Source: an uncultured Clostridium sp. (lineage in GTDB: Bacteria > Bacillota > Clostridia > TANB77 > CAG-508). From it: DNA of 62,168 nucleotides. The translations under genes and the position numbers were made by a program. Positions within the stretch are counted from its first letter, which is position 1, and the number at the start of each line of letters is the position of its first letter. The stretch spans positions 1 through 62,168 of the forward strand of contig CAYMDN010000003.1 in the NCBI GenBank assembly GCA_964389545.1, written 5' to 3'. The notes under the pieces were generated by a model, which was not told the origin of the DNA, made no database searches, and was given only the letters and a program-made list of their open reading frames with translations. Below, in pieces: positions 47,488 to 57,568 of this stretch.

Positions 47488-48405
47488 CTATTTATTTTTT
47501 TCGTCTTTCATTACTTCTTTAACTGCTCCTAAAGATGCAAGAGCTTTAGTTGCTTCAAATGGAATAAATACTTTGTTAGCTTCACCCTTAGCAACTTCTT
47601 GTAATGCTTCTAATGATTTAATTTGAATTAATTTATCATCAGGGTTTGCTTTCTTAATAGATTCATATACCATTTGAATTTCTTGAGCTTTTGCAACAGC
47701 TACTGCACGAATAGCTTCAGCTTCACCAGCTGCACGTCTAATTCTTGCTTCTTTATCAGCTTCAGCTTGAAGAATAGCTGCTTCTTTTTGACCTTCTGCA
47801 AGGGTAATAGCTGCTTGTTTTTCTCCTTCAGCTTGAAGAATAGCTGCTCTTTTATTTCTTTCAGCATTCATTTGCTTTTCCATTGCATCACGAATGTCTG
47901 CTGGAGGATTAATGTTTTTAACTTCAACTCTATTAACTTTACATCCCCATTTATCAGTTGCATCATCAAGAATAACTCTTAACTGATTATTAATTAAATC
48001 TCTTGAACTAAATGTTGAGTCTAAACTCATTTTACCAACTATATCACGAATAGTTGTTAGTGCTAAATATTCAATACCTTTCTTTAAAGATTGAATTTCA
48101 TATACTGCTTTAGCAGGATCAGTTATTTGATAGAATACAACAGTATCTATTGTAATAGTAACGTTGTCTTCAGTAATAACTCCTTGTGGTGGAATATCCA
48201 TGGTTTGTTCCTTTAAACTTACGACGCTTCTAACATGATCTACAAAAGGAATAATAATTGTAAGTCCAGCATCTGCTATTTTGTGGAACTTACCAAGTCT
48301 TTCTATAATGTACACCTCAGATTGTTTTACAACCTTAATAGATTTAAATGCTATGATAATTACGATAGCTAAAAATGCGATTAAAAATAAAACTCCAAAA
48401 TTCAT
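47488..48405 (-). CDS. SPFH/Band 7 (stomatin/slipin-like) protein
   Basis: N-terminal TM, an SPFH core (VVKQSEVYIIERLGKFH...VDTVVFYQITDP...) and an Ala/Glu-rich coiled coil. Confidence 0.88.
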   Translation of the reverse strand: MNFGVLFLIAFLAIVIIIAFKSIKVVKQSEVYIIERLGKFHKIADAGLTIIIPFVDHVRSVVSLKEQTMDIPPQGVITEDNVTITIDTVVFYQITDPAKAVYEIQSLKKGIEYLALTTIRDIVGKMSLDSTFSSRDLINNQLRVILDDATDKWGCKVNRVEVKNINPPADIRDAMEKQMNAERNKRAAILQAEGEKQAAITLAEGQKEAAILQAEADKEARIRRAAGEAEAIRAVAVAKAQEIQMVYESIKKANPDDKLIQIKSLEALQEVAKGEANKVFIPFEATKALASLGAVKEVMKDEKNK

Positions 48406-48416
48406 TTTTTTACCTC

Positions 48417-48863
48417 CTATTTACTTTGAATTTTTTCTTTCATCTTTGGTGCTACTATTAGTTTAACTCCATCTATTTGCACGATTTCAACTTCAGTATC
48501 GATAGGTAGGATGTCATCTGTATCAGACTTAGCGGACCAAACTTCACCATTTATTTTAACTTGACCAGTCCCTTGAGTAGTATTAATAGGAACAATTACA
48601 ATTCCTTTTTTTCCTATAACACTATATGCATTAGTCTTAACTTTATCACCTTTATCGAATTTGGAAACTAGAGGCTTAGTTAGAAGAATAAGTATAGTAG
48701 AAACTACAACAAAAACTAGAGTTTGAATAAAGATTGAATCTATAAAGAAACTCACAATCATTGCAGCTAAAGCTCCAATTCCTAACCAGAAGATAAGAAA
48801 TCCTACTGTTGCGATTTCAATGACGAAGAAAATTCCTGCAGCAATCAACCAAATATACCACAT
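48417..48863 (-). CDS. NfeD-family membrane protein
   Basis: Three TM segments plus a C-terminal OB domain (GTGQVKINGEVWSAKS). Lies upstream of the SPFH gene. Confidence 0.8.
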   Translation of the reverse strand: MWYIWLIAAGIFFVIEIATVGFLIFWLGIGALAAMIVSFFIDSIFIQTLVFVVVSTILILLTKPLVSKFDKGDKVKTNAYSVIGKKGIVIVPINTTQGTGQVKINGEVWSAKSDTDDILPIDTEVEIVQIDGVKLIVAPKMKEKIQSK

Positions 48864-49001
48864 AAAAATCTCCTCTCGAAAAGTTATTAATTTTAAATGG
48901 AAGAAAAAAATCCATTTAAAAAACCCTTCCTCAAATATTATACTACAATTTTGGTATAAATGGAAGAGTTTACGTAAAATTTGTTTGCATTTTGTTTATA
49001 T

Positions 49002-49328
49002 TTAACCTTTTTTAGCAACTACTTCAGCTATGCTATATATCAAATCTATTTTTTCTGGTGGACAACTTTTAAGTAAATTATTAAATTCCTTTGTCATATA
49101 TGAAGGAGATGTTTTGTAAGTACCAGTCAAAATTTCTCCTTCTGATACACCTAAAATATCACAAATTTCACTTAATCGTTTCAAACTAATATTAGTTGAA
49201 CCTCTTTCAATCCTACTAATATAGGTAACAGATACGTCGATAAGCTCAGCTAACTTTTCTTGAGTTATCTTTTTATCCAATCTTGCTTGTTTTAATCTAA
49301 CACCAATAATACCATAATTTAATGCCAT
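49002..49328 (-). CDS. XRE-family HTH transcriptional regulator
   Basis: IGVRLKQARLDKKITQEKLAELIDVSVTYISRIERG. Confidence 0.85.
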   Translation of the reverse strand: MALNYGIIGVRLKQARLDKKITQEKLAELIDVSVTYISRIERGSTNISLKRLSEICDILGVSEGEILTGTYKTSPSYMTKEFNNLLKSCPPEKIDLIYSIAEVVAKKG

Positions 49329-49397
49329 CGGTTATCACTCCTTTGGTCAGAATATAGCATTTATAGGTATATTTTAACAGAAATATAAGAGTAAATA

Positions 49398-49412
49398 TTT
49401 ACTGTCAGTAAA
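49398..49412. promoter_or_regulatory. Palindrome TTTACTG-T-CAGTAAA in the regulator/oxidoreductase intergenic region
   Basis: Read directly. A related half-site, TACTGACA, overlaps the -10/+1 of the downstream promoter (49495-49502). Confidence 0.4.
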
Positions 49413-49469
49413 AATAATATATTCAAAAATAAATAAAATATTTAAAATAATAAATAATAAAATAAGTAA

Positions 49470-49498
49470 TTGACTTTTTTTTTGATTAGATATATACT
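49470..49498 (+). promoter_or_regulatory. Candidate promoter: TTGACT, 17 nt, TATACT
   Basis: Read directly upstream of the oxidoreductase operon. Confidence 0.55.
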
Positions 49499-49528
49499 GA
49501 CAAAAAATGTATAGGAGGTTTTGTTCTA

Positions 49529-50107
49529 GTGAATGATATGATTGAAATTAGATGGCATGGAAGAGGCGGACAGGGTGCAAAAACAGCCTCATTATTATTA
49601 GCAGATGCTGCTTTTAATACAGGAAAATATATTCAAGGTTTTCCTGAATATGGACCAGAAAGAATGGGAGCACCAATCACAGCATATAACAGAATTAGCA
49701 CATCACCAATAACTATTCATAGCAACATATATGAACCAGATTATGTAGTTGTTGTAGATGATACTTTATTAGAAAGTGTTGATGTAACATCAGGACTAAA
49801 AGAATCAGGTGCAATAATAATAAATACAACAAAAGACGGAGAATATTTAAGAAGTGTATTAAAAGGTTATAAAGGAGCAATATATAAAATAGATGCTAGA
49901 AAAATATCTATAGAAGCATTAGGTAAATATTTTCCAAATACACCAATGCTTGCAGCAATAGTTAAGGTAAGTGAAGTAATGACAGACGAAGAATTTTTAA
50001 ATGATATGCAAGGTTCATTTAAACATAAATTTGCTAAAAAACCAGAAGTTATTGATGGTAATATGAAAGCATTAGAAATGGCACTAAAGGAGGTTGAAAG
50101 AGTATGA
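49529..50107 (+). CDS. 2-oxoacid (pyruvate/ketoisovalerate):ferredoxin oxidoreductase, gamma subunit
   Basis: IRWHGRGGQGAKTAS motif. First gene of a gamma-delta-alpha-beta operon. Confidence 0.85.
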   Translation: MNDMIEIRWHGRGGQGAKTASLLLADAAFNTGKYIQGFPEYGPERMGAPITAYNRISTSPITIHSNIYEPDYVVVVDDTLLESVDVTSGLKESGAIIINTTKDGEYLRSVLKGYKGAIYKIDARKISIEALGKYFPNTPMLAAIVKVSEVMTDEEFLNDMQGSFKHKFAKKPEVIDGNMKALEMALKEVERV

Positions 50108-50388
50108 CAGATATAAATGCAAAAACACCTATGGAAAAATTAACAGAAGGTGGAACAATATATACAGCTGGAAATGCACGAGAATTTAAGACAGGTGATT
50201 GGAGAAGTTCAAAACCTATTTTTAATGCAGAGAAATGTAAACAATGTGGATTATGTTTCCCAGTTTGCCCAGATAATAGTATACCAGTTAATAAAGACCA
50301 AAAAAGAGAAGACTTTGATTATGATTATTGTAAGGGATGTGGAGTTTGTGCAAAGGTTTGTCCTTTTGGCGCAATCACAATGGAGTAA
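50104..50388 (+). CDS. 2-oxoacid:ferredoxin oxidoreductase, delta (2x[4Fe-4S]) subunit
   Basis: CKQCGLCFPVCP and CKGCGVCAKVCP. Confidence 0.85.
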   Translation: MTDINAKTPMEKLTEGGTIYTAGNAREFKTGDWRSSKPIFNAEKCKQCGLCFPVCPDNSIPVNKDQKREDFDYDYCKGCGVCAKVCPFGAITME

Positions 50389-50436
50389 ACAAATTAAAAG
50401 CAATGATAAAAAATATATAAAATTGGAGGAGATAAA

Positions 50437-51624
50437 ATGTCAATAAGAGAACGTTTAAGTGGTAATGAAGCTGCTGCAATTGCAATGAGACAAATTAATC
50501 CAGATGTTGTTGCAGCATTCCCAATAACACCATCAACAGAAATACCACAATATTTTTCAACATTTGTAAGTAACGGCGCAGTAGATACAGAATTCGTTGC
50601 AGTAGAAAGTGAACATAGTGCAATGAGTGCATGTATAGGTGCACAATCAGCAGGTGCAAGAGCTATGACAGCTACATCTGCAAATGGATTATCTTTAATG
50701 TGGGAAATGATATATATAGCATCAAGTTTAAGACTACCTATAGTAATGTCATTGGTAAATAGAGCAGTATCAGGACCTTTAAATATCCATAATGACCATT
50801 CAGATGCAATGGGTGTTAGAGATAGCGGATGGGTTATGCTATTTTCAGAGAATAACCAAGAAGCATATGATAATCTTCTTATGGCACATAGAATAGCAGA
50901 ACATCCAAGTGTAAGACTACCATTAATGGTATGTCAAGATGGATTTATAACATCACACTCAATTGAAAATATTCAATTAGAAGAGGATGACTTAGTAAAG
51001 AAATTTGTAGGAACATATAAACCAGAACATTATTTATTAAATGATAAAGAACCAATAGCAATTGGACCATTAGATTTACAAGCATATTTATTTGAACATA
51101 AAGCTCAACAAGCTGAAGCAATGAAGAATGCAAAAAAAGTAATAGCAGAAGTTGCAACAGAATTTGAAAAAGTAACAGGAAGAAAATATGGTTTCTTTGA
51201 GGAATATAGAATGGCAGATGCTGAATATGTAGTAGTATGTATGAACTCTACAGCAGGAACAGCAAAATACACAGCTGATAGATTAAGAGAACAAGGTATA
51301 AAAGCTGGCGTTCTTAAAGTAAGAGTATTTAGACCATTCCCAGCAGAAGAAATTGCAAATGCATTATCTAAAGCAAAAGCAGTTGCAATATTAGATAAAG
51401 CAGATGGATTAAATGCAGTTGGTGGACCATTATTTACAGATGTAACATCAGCAATGTATACAAATAATGTAAAAGTTCCAACAGTTAACTATATATATGG
51501 AATAGGTGGAAGAGATACAAAATCAGATGATATAGAAAAAGTATTCCACGACTTACAAGCATTAAATACAGAAGGAAAAGTTGAAAATCCATATAGATAT
51601 TTAGGATTAAGGAGGGAACAATAA
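50437..51624 (+). CDS. 2-oxoacid:ferredoxin oxidoreductase, alpha subunit
   Basis: GNEAAAIAMRQINPDVVAAFPITPSTE... is typical of the PorA/VorA N-terminus. Confidence 0.88.
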   Translation: MSIRERLSGNEAAAIAMRQINPDVVAAFPITPSTEIPQYFSTFVSNGAVDTEFVAVESEHSAMSACIGAQSAGARAMTATSANGLSLMWEMIYIASSLRLPIVMSLVNRAVSGPLNIHNDHSDAMGVRDSGWVMLFSENNQEAYDNLLMAHRIAEHPSVRLPLMVCQDGFITSHSIENIQLEEDDLVKKFVGTYKPEHYLLNDKEPIAIGPLDLQAYLFEHKAQQAEAMKNAKKVIAEVATEFEKVTGRKYGFFEEYRMADAEYVVVCMNSTAGTAKYTADRLREQGIKAGVLKVRVFRPFPAEEIANALSKAKAVAILDKADGLNAVGGPLFTDVTSAMYTNNVKVPTVNYIYGIGGRDTKSDDIEKVFHDLQALNTEGKVENPYRYLGLRREQ

Positions 51625-52574
51625 TGGCATATAATTTAAAAGAAGTTATAGCTGAAAAACCAGCAAGATTTACAGAAGGACATAGAATGTGTGCAGGTTG
51701 TGGAGCTCCAGTTGTAGGTAGAATGGTATTAAGAGCATTAAAGCCAGAGGATCATGCAGTAATCTGTAATGCAACAGGATGTATGGAAGTTTCAACATTT
51801 ATATATCCATATACAGCATGGACAGATTCATTTATTCATACAGCTTTTGAATGTGCAGGAGCAACTTTATCTGGAGTTGAAGCAGCATATAAATCAATGA
51901 AAAGACAAAATAAATTATCAGGAAAAGATACAAAATTCATAGCATTTGGTGGAGATGGTGGAACTTATGATATAGGTTTACAAAGTTTATCAGGTGCAAT
52001 GGAAAGAGGACATGACATGGTATATGTATGTTATGATAATGGTGCATACATGAATACAGGTATACAACGTTCATCTGCAACACCAAGATTTGCAGACACA
52101 ACAACATCACCAGCAGGAACAGCAATACCAGGTAAAATGCAATCAAGAAAAGATTTAGCACAAGTAATGGCATCACACCACTTACCATATGTAGCACAAA
52201 CAATAGCAGTAAACAACTTTAAAGACCTATATGAAAAATCAGAAAAAGCAATATATACAGAAGGAGCATGTTTCCTAAATGTATTAGCACCATGCCCAAG
52301 AGGATGGGGATATGCAACGGAAGACTTAATGAAAATGAACAAATTAGCAGTAGAAACATGTTATTGGCCACTATATGAAGTAATAAATGGAAGATATGTA
52401 ATAAACTATAAACCAGCAAATAAACTACCAGTAGAAGAATTCTTAAAACCACAAAAAAGATTTAAACACATGTTTAAACCAGGAAACGAATGGATGATAG
52501 AAGAATTCCAAAAAGAAGTAGATGCAAGATGGGAAGAATTACTAAGACTAGAAGAAATAACAAATAGGGAATAA
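51624..52574 (+). CDS. 2-oxoacid:ferredoxin oxidoreductase, beta (TPP-binding) subunit
   Basis: CAGCG..., the GGDGGTYDIG TPP motif, and YDNGAYMNTG. Confidence 0.88.
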   Translation: MAYNLKEVIAEKPARFTEGHRMCAGCGAPVVGRMVLRALKPEDHAVICNATGCMEVSTFIYPYTAWTDSFIHTAFECAGATLSGVEAAYKSMKRQNKLSGKDTKFIAFGGDGGTYDIGLQSLSGAMERGHDMVYVCYDNGAYMNTGIQRSSATPRFADTTTSPAGTAIPGKMQSRKDLAQVMASHHLPYVAQTIAVNNFKDLYEKSEKAIYTEGACFLNVLAPCPRGWGYATEDLMKMNKLAVETCYWPLYEVINGRYVINYKPANKLPVEEFLKPQKRFKHMFKPGNEWMIEEFQKEVDARWEELLRLEEITNRE

Positions 52575-52578
52575 AACC

Positions 52579-52610
52579 AAAAGAACAGCGAACATCGCTG
52601 TTCTTTTTTG
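52579..52610 (+). terminator. Intrinsic terminator: AAAAGAACAGCG aacat CGCTGTTCTTTT, then TT
   Basis: 12-bp perfect stem. Confidence 0.85.
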
Positions 52611-52678
52611 TATTATCAACATAGTAATTTTTTAGAGAATGTGGTATAATATTAGCGAATTTTTAGGAGTGTGAAGTT

Positions 52679-53380
52679 ATGTCATATATAGAATTTAAGA
52701 AAGTTAATAAGCAATATAAAATGGGAGAGGTTACTATAAATGCTTTAGATAACACTACTTTTGATATCGAAAAAGGAGAATTAGTTGTTATTGTTGGACC
52801 AAGTGGTGCAGGAAAAACTACAACTCTTAATATCTTAGGTGGTATGGATACAGCTACTTCTGGCAATGTTGTAGTAGATAAAAAAGAAATTACTGATTTA
52901 AAAAACAGGGAATTAACCAAATATAGAAGAGAAGATATTGGGTTTGTATTTCAATTTTATAATTTAGTTCAAAATTTAACTGCAAAGGAGAATGTTGAAC
53001 TTGCAACAGAGATCTGCAAAGATAGTTTAGATGTAACAGAAGTATTAAAAAAAGTTGGATTAGAAAATAGAATGAATAATTTTCCAGCACAACTTTCTGG
53101 AGGAGAACAGCAAAGAGTTGCAATTGCCAGAGCAATAGCAAAAAATCCCAAATTATTATTATGTGATGAGCCAACAGGAGCATTAGATTACAAAACAGGA
53201 AAACAAATATTACAATTATTACAAGATACTTGCAGAAAGGAAAAAATGACAGTTGTTATAATAACGCATAACACTGCAATAGCTCCAATGGCGGATAAAG
53301 TTATATACTTTAAAAATGGAACAGCAGAAAAAATACAAATCAATGATAATCCAAAAGCAATAAGCGAAATAGAGTGGTAA
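52679..53380 (+). CDS. ABC transporter ATP-binding protein (MacB/LolD/FtsE-like)
   Basis: Walker [10 protein letters not shown], signature [14 protein letters not shown], Walker B LLLCDEPT. Confidence 0.9.
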   Translation: MSYIEFKKVNKQYKMGEVTINALDNTTFDIEKGELVVIVGPSGAGKTTTLNILGGMDTATSGNVVVDKKEITDLKNRELTKYRREDIGFVFQFYNLVQNLTAKENVELATEICKDSLDVTEVLKKVGLENRMNNFPAQLSGGEQQRVAIARAIAKNPKLLLCDEPTGALDYKTGKQILQLLQDTCRKEKMTVVIITHNTAIAPMADKVIYFKNGTAEKIQINDNPKAISEIEW

Positions 53381-53393
53381 TTAGGAGGAAAAA

Positions 53394-55880
53394 GTGAAAA
53401 AGGCATTATTAAAAAATAGTTTAAAAGCAATCACTAAAAATAAAAAAAGATTTTTGTCTTTACTATTAATGGCTTTGCTTGGAGTTGGATTTTTTGCAGG
53501 ACTTACAGCATCTAGCCCAGATATGGAGGATACTCTAGACAATTATCTAGATAATACAAAAACTTACGATATAAGCATTCTTGCAACATTAGGACTAACA
53601 GATGATGATATTGAAGCCATAAAAAGTATTGATGGAATCGAAGAAGCATATGGAATTTGCTACAAAGACTATATGGCACAAATAAATGAAAAAGAATATG
53701 TTATACAAGTTATAGAATATAACGAAAATATAAATAAACCATATTTAATAGAAGGAAGAAATCCAGAAAACAATACAGAATGCTTATTAGATGAAAAAAT
53801 GGCTCGAAGCAATAATTATGTAATTGGAGACAAAATACAAATAGAAACAGAAGACCAATCGGTTCTTCAAAAAGAGTTAGAGATAGTAGGAATCTGCCAA
53901 AGTTCGCTATACATTTCGAGTGAAAGAGGAAATACAACTTTAGGAACAGGTAAAATAAACGCATACATATATGTAAAAGATCTTTTAGATTCTGATTACT
54001 ACACAACAATATACGCACGAGTAATAGGAGCAAAAGAACTAGAAGCAACAGACGAAGAGTATACTAATTTAATAAATGAAACAACAGATAAAATAGAAAA
54101 AATAAGAACAGAAAGAGAAGAAGCACGATATAATCAATTAGTAGAAGAAGCTCAAAAAGAATATGAAGCATATTTAATGAGTGGAGGACAACCACAAGAA
54201 AATACGCAGATAAATATAGAGCAAAATAAATGGTACATACAAACAAGAGAAGATAATTCAGGGTATTATAATATATTACAAGCAATTGAGAGCATAACTA
54301 ATTTGTCAAGAATATTTCCAATAGTGTTTTATATAATTGCGGTACTAATTAGTTTAACATCAATGACAAGAATGATAGAAGAAGAAAGAACAGAAATAGG
54401 GACATTAAAAGCACTAGGGTATTCAAATAGCAAGATAATTTATAAATATATAATCTATTCTACTATTGCCTGTATTTTAGGTGGAGTGATAGGAATGGCA
54501 ATATGTTTCTATATTTTACCAACTATAATTTGGAATACATATGGATTATTATACAAAGTTCCAGATTTAATCACACCATTCAGAGTGGAAAACGGATTAA
54601 TAGGACTAGGAATAGCATTTATATGCATAGTAGGAGCAACATACATTACATGCAAAAAAGAATTAAAAGCAATGCCTTCAAGCCTAATGAGACCAAAAGC
54701 ACCAAAGGCAGGGAAAAAAGTATTATTAGAACATATTAAGATTTTATGGAATCACATTAGCTTTTCAAAAAAAGTTACAATAAGAAACTTATTCAGATAC
54801 AAAAAGAAGGCACTTATGACAATCATCGGAATTGCAGGCTGTACAGCCCTTACGTTATCAGGATTTGGGCTTAGAGATTCAATAACAAAAATTGTATCAA
54901 GTCAGTATGGAGATACTTACAAATATGATGGAATAGTATATGTTAAAAGCAATCCTGAAGAAATAATAGAAAATTTAAAACAAAATGATAAAATAACATA
55001 TGTAACAAGAATATGTGCACAAACAGGAGAAATAAAAAAGGACGAAAAACAGAAATCAACAAATATCATAGTTCCAGAAACAACAGAAGAATTTGAAAAA
55101 GTATGTACACTATACGATAAAAATTCTAATGAAGTAAAATTAGAAAATGATGGAATCTATATTACAGATAAAATGGCAGAACATCTAAAAATAAATGAAG
55201 GCGATGACGTTACATTACATTTAAATGATGGCAAAGAATATACCTTTAATGTTAAAAAGATTGTAAAAAACTATATAGATCACTATGTATATATGACGAA
55301 GGAAACATACGAAAAATCAGTAGGTAGCACAAATATTGATTTATTATGGATAGATACTGTTGATATGAGTAAAGAGGAAGAAAATAATTTCCTAGAAGAA
55401 ATCCTTAAAGATGAAAATATAACATCAGTAACTATTTTAGAAGGATTGATGGAAACAATAAATGACATGCTAGGAGCATTAGACTATATAGTGCTAATAC
55501 TTATAATTGCTTCAGCAATTCTTGCACTAACAGTTTTATACAACTTAGCAAATGTAAATATAAGTGAAAGAAAAAGAGAAATAGCAACACTAAAAGTACT
55601 TGGATTCTACAATAAAGAAGTAGATTCGTACATAACAAGAGAGAGCATAATATTTACAATAATAGGAATAGCAATAGGACTAATTGCAGGATATTTCTTA
55701 ACACAATTTATGATAATAACTTGTGAAATAGAAGATTTAAGATTTTTAAGAGAAATACTTCCACAAAGCTATGTCTATGCAATTCTGATAACAGCAGGAT
55801 TCTCTATAAGTGTAAATTTCATAATTCATTTTACACTTAAAAAGATAGATATGATAGAAAGCTTAAAAAGTATTGAGTAA
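53394..55880 (+). CDS. ABC transporter permease with two FtsX-type domains
   Basis: 828 aa, with two 4-TM FtsX modules separated by large extracytoplasmic domains. GTG start after AGGAGG. Confidence 0.85.
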   Translation: MKKALLKNSLKAITKNKKRFLSLLLMALLGVGFFAGLTASSPDMEDTLDNYLDNTKTYDISILATLGLTDDDIEAIKSIDGIEEAYGICYKDYMAQINEKEYVIQVIEYNENINKPYLIEGRNPENNTECLLDEKMARSNNYVIGDKIQIETEDQSVLQKELEIVGICQSSLYISSERGNTTLGTGKINAYIYVKDLLDSDYYTTIYARVIGAKELEATDEEYTNLINETTDKIEKIRTEREEARYNQLVEEAQKEYEAYLMSGGQPQENTQINIEQNKWYIQTREDNSGYYNILQAIESITNLSRIFPIVFYIIAVLISLTSMTRMIEEERTEIGTLKALGYSNSKIIYKYIIYSTIACILGGVIGMAICFYILPTIIWNTYGLLYKVPDLITPFRVENGLIGLGIAFICIVGATYITCKKELKAMPSSLMRPKAPKAGKKVLLEHIKILWNHISFSKKVTIRNLFRYKKKALMTIIGIAGCTALTLSGFGLRDSITKIVSSQYGDTYKYDGIVYVKSNPEEIIENLKQNDKITYVTRICAQTGEIKKDEKQKSTNIIVPETTEEFEKVCTLYDKNSNEVKLENDGIYITDKMAEHLKINEGDDVTLHLNDGKEYTFNVKKIVKNYIDHYVYMTKETYEKSVGSTNIDLLWIDTVDMSKEEENNFLEEILKDENITSVTILEGLMETINDMLGALDYIVLILIIASAILALTVLYNLANVNISERKREIATLKVLGFYNKEVDSYITRESIIFTIIGIAIGLIAGYFLTQFMIITCEIEDLRFLREILPQSYVYAILITAGFSISVNFIIHFTLKKIDMIESLKSIE

Positions 55881-55893
55881 AAATATAAAATGC

Positions 55894-55922
55894 TTGATTT
55901 TTGACTTATCTTATGTTACAAT
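55894..55922 (+). promoter_or_regulatory. Candidate secG promoter: TTGATT, 17 nt, (TGT)TACAAT
   Basis: Read directly. An extended -10 TG is present. Confidence 0.5.
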
Positions 55923-55955
55923 ATTAAAGTCGAAAAAAAATAGGAGGGAACAGTA

Positions 55956-56183
55956 GTGAAAACTTTTCTAGTAGTTATATATGTAATAGTAGCAGTATTA
56001 TTAACAATCTTAACATTATTGCAAGCAAAGGAAGATGGTGGAGCATCTGAAACAATTACAGGTGGAGACTCTTTCTATGATAAAAATAAAGGTAGAACAC
56101 CAGAAGGTAAGTTAAAAAGATTTACAATAATACTTGCAATAATATTTGTAGTGCTTGCAATAGCATTAGGAATAATCTACTAA
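55956..56183 (+). CDS. secG: Preprotein translocase subunit SecG
   Basis: 75 aa with 2 TM and the LLQAKEDGGAS loop typical of SecG. GTG start after AGGAGGG. Confidence 0.75.
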   Translation: MKTFLVVIYVIVAVLLTILTLLQAKEDGGASETITGGDSFYDKNKGRTPEGKLKRFTIILAIIFVVLAIALGIIY

Positions 56184-56353
56184 ATTATTCCATTAATATA
56201 GATTGCAATATTAAATAATATAGAACTAAAAACAGCAAGAATAATTATGGCTATGCCAGCAATTATATTGCTGTTTTTGTTTATTTCATAAAGACCATAA
56301 CGTAAAGTTTTAAAAAACATAAATAATGAAAAAATAAATATAAAAATATACAT
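56180..56353 (-). CDS. Unlisted 57-aa two-TM ORF immediately downstream of gerAC (candidate germinant-receptor D-type subunit)
   Basis: The ATG at 56353 is preceded by GGAG. Translation MYIFIFIFSLFMFFKTLRYGLYEINKNSNIIAGIAIIILAVFSSILFNIAIYINGII. The stop overlaps the secG stop by 4 nt. Confidence 0.4.
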   Translation of the reverse strand: MYIFIFIFSLFMFFKTLRYGLYEINKNSNIIAGIAIIILAVFSSILFNIAIYINGII

Positions 56354-56361
56354 ATTATCTC

Positions 56362-57568
56362 CTACTTAATAGCATTATATAACTGTCCACTTTGAATATT
56401 AGTTTCAATATCTACAGTAAAGAAAGCATTTTCATAATTTGAAATCCAATCTGAAGCAATCCATTCGTCCCAAGTTAAATAATTAGGCAATAAATATTTA
56501 CCAAATCCAACAATGTCAGATTTATATTCTTTGGAAGTTTTATATAAATAGCCACTAATTTTTTCTTGTAAATAATTATTAACTGATGAATTTAAAATAT
56601 CCAATGTTTCTTTATTAATTACATTTAAAGAACTATCTAACGAAAGCAAATTACCGAGCTACATATACATTACATTTAATATATGGAAATCCGTTGATTA
56701 ATTCTACATGACTTTTAGTTTGCTTATTTAGATGAATAGAAAGTGAAATATTAGAATCGTGATTTAAAGGATTAGGTATAGTTATAGTCGCTTTTTTTAG
56801 TTTATTTGTGATAATTAAATGACAAAGAGTTTCAACATTATCAAGTTCTCCAATAAGTTTATCATTTTTAAATACAGCTGTTCCCATTATTTCTGAATTG
56901 TTTTCTCCGTCAATTCCGGTTTCTTCAGCCTTATAGTTGGAAGAAGTTGCAACTTTTTTACTATTTTTACCCGCATTAATTCCACCCAAAAGGGCAGTAG
57001 GATTGCCTGTAGTACTTAATAGCTGATTATAAAAATCACTTATATATAAATCATCAGTATAGCCAGTATATTCAACGGCTTTAGAAATAGATTCATAATA
57101 ATTTGTTTGAATAGACTCAAAAGTAGGTTTAACATTTTCTAGAAAATCTAAAGCTGGACATTTACTTATAATAATGTTGCAGTTAGGACGTATTTCAACA
57201 TTATTAATAAAATTATTTAGATATTCTGAGACACCATTTTGAGCAACTTCTTCAGATATAATAACAGCCTTACAATTTGATAAATCAAGTTGTTTACTGA
57301 TATAACTATTAATTAAACTTATACCAGAATCTATATCAGAACAGTCAACAGAGATTATTGTAGACTCTTCTTGCTTCGAACCACCAGATTCACTAGAACT
57401 ATTTAGAACAGCTATTTGCAAGCTAAGCTTAATATTTTCAGTTTCTCCGTTATCAATACCAAGAGCTATAACATACGCTCTTGTTTCAATGCCAGAAGAC
57501 ACAGTTAAATAGCCAGTTATCAACAACAAACTTAAAATCAAAATCAGGCAGTTTAGCAAAAATTTCAT
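56362..57568 (-). pseudogene. gerAC-family germinant receptor C subunit, split into ORFs 56651..57568 and 56362..56649 by a +1 frame break. The lipobox Cys is replaced by Tyr.
   Basis: Both ORFs resemble GerAC N- and C-terminal parts (the C-terminal part contains ...KSDIVGFGKYL...). The frames differ by 1 nt at GCU-CGG-UAA. The signal peptide ends LLITGY instead of L-x-G-C. Confidence 0.7.

Noticed and set aside
50150-50446. A 98-aa + strand ORF overlapping the delta subunit gene in another frame.
   Set aside because: The 50104..50388 frame carries two canonical CxxCxxCxxxCP ferredoxin motifs. The overlapping frame has no features and no RBS.
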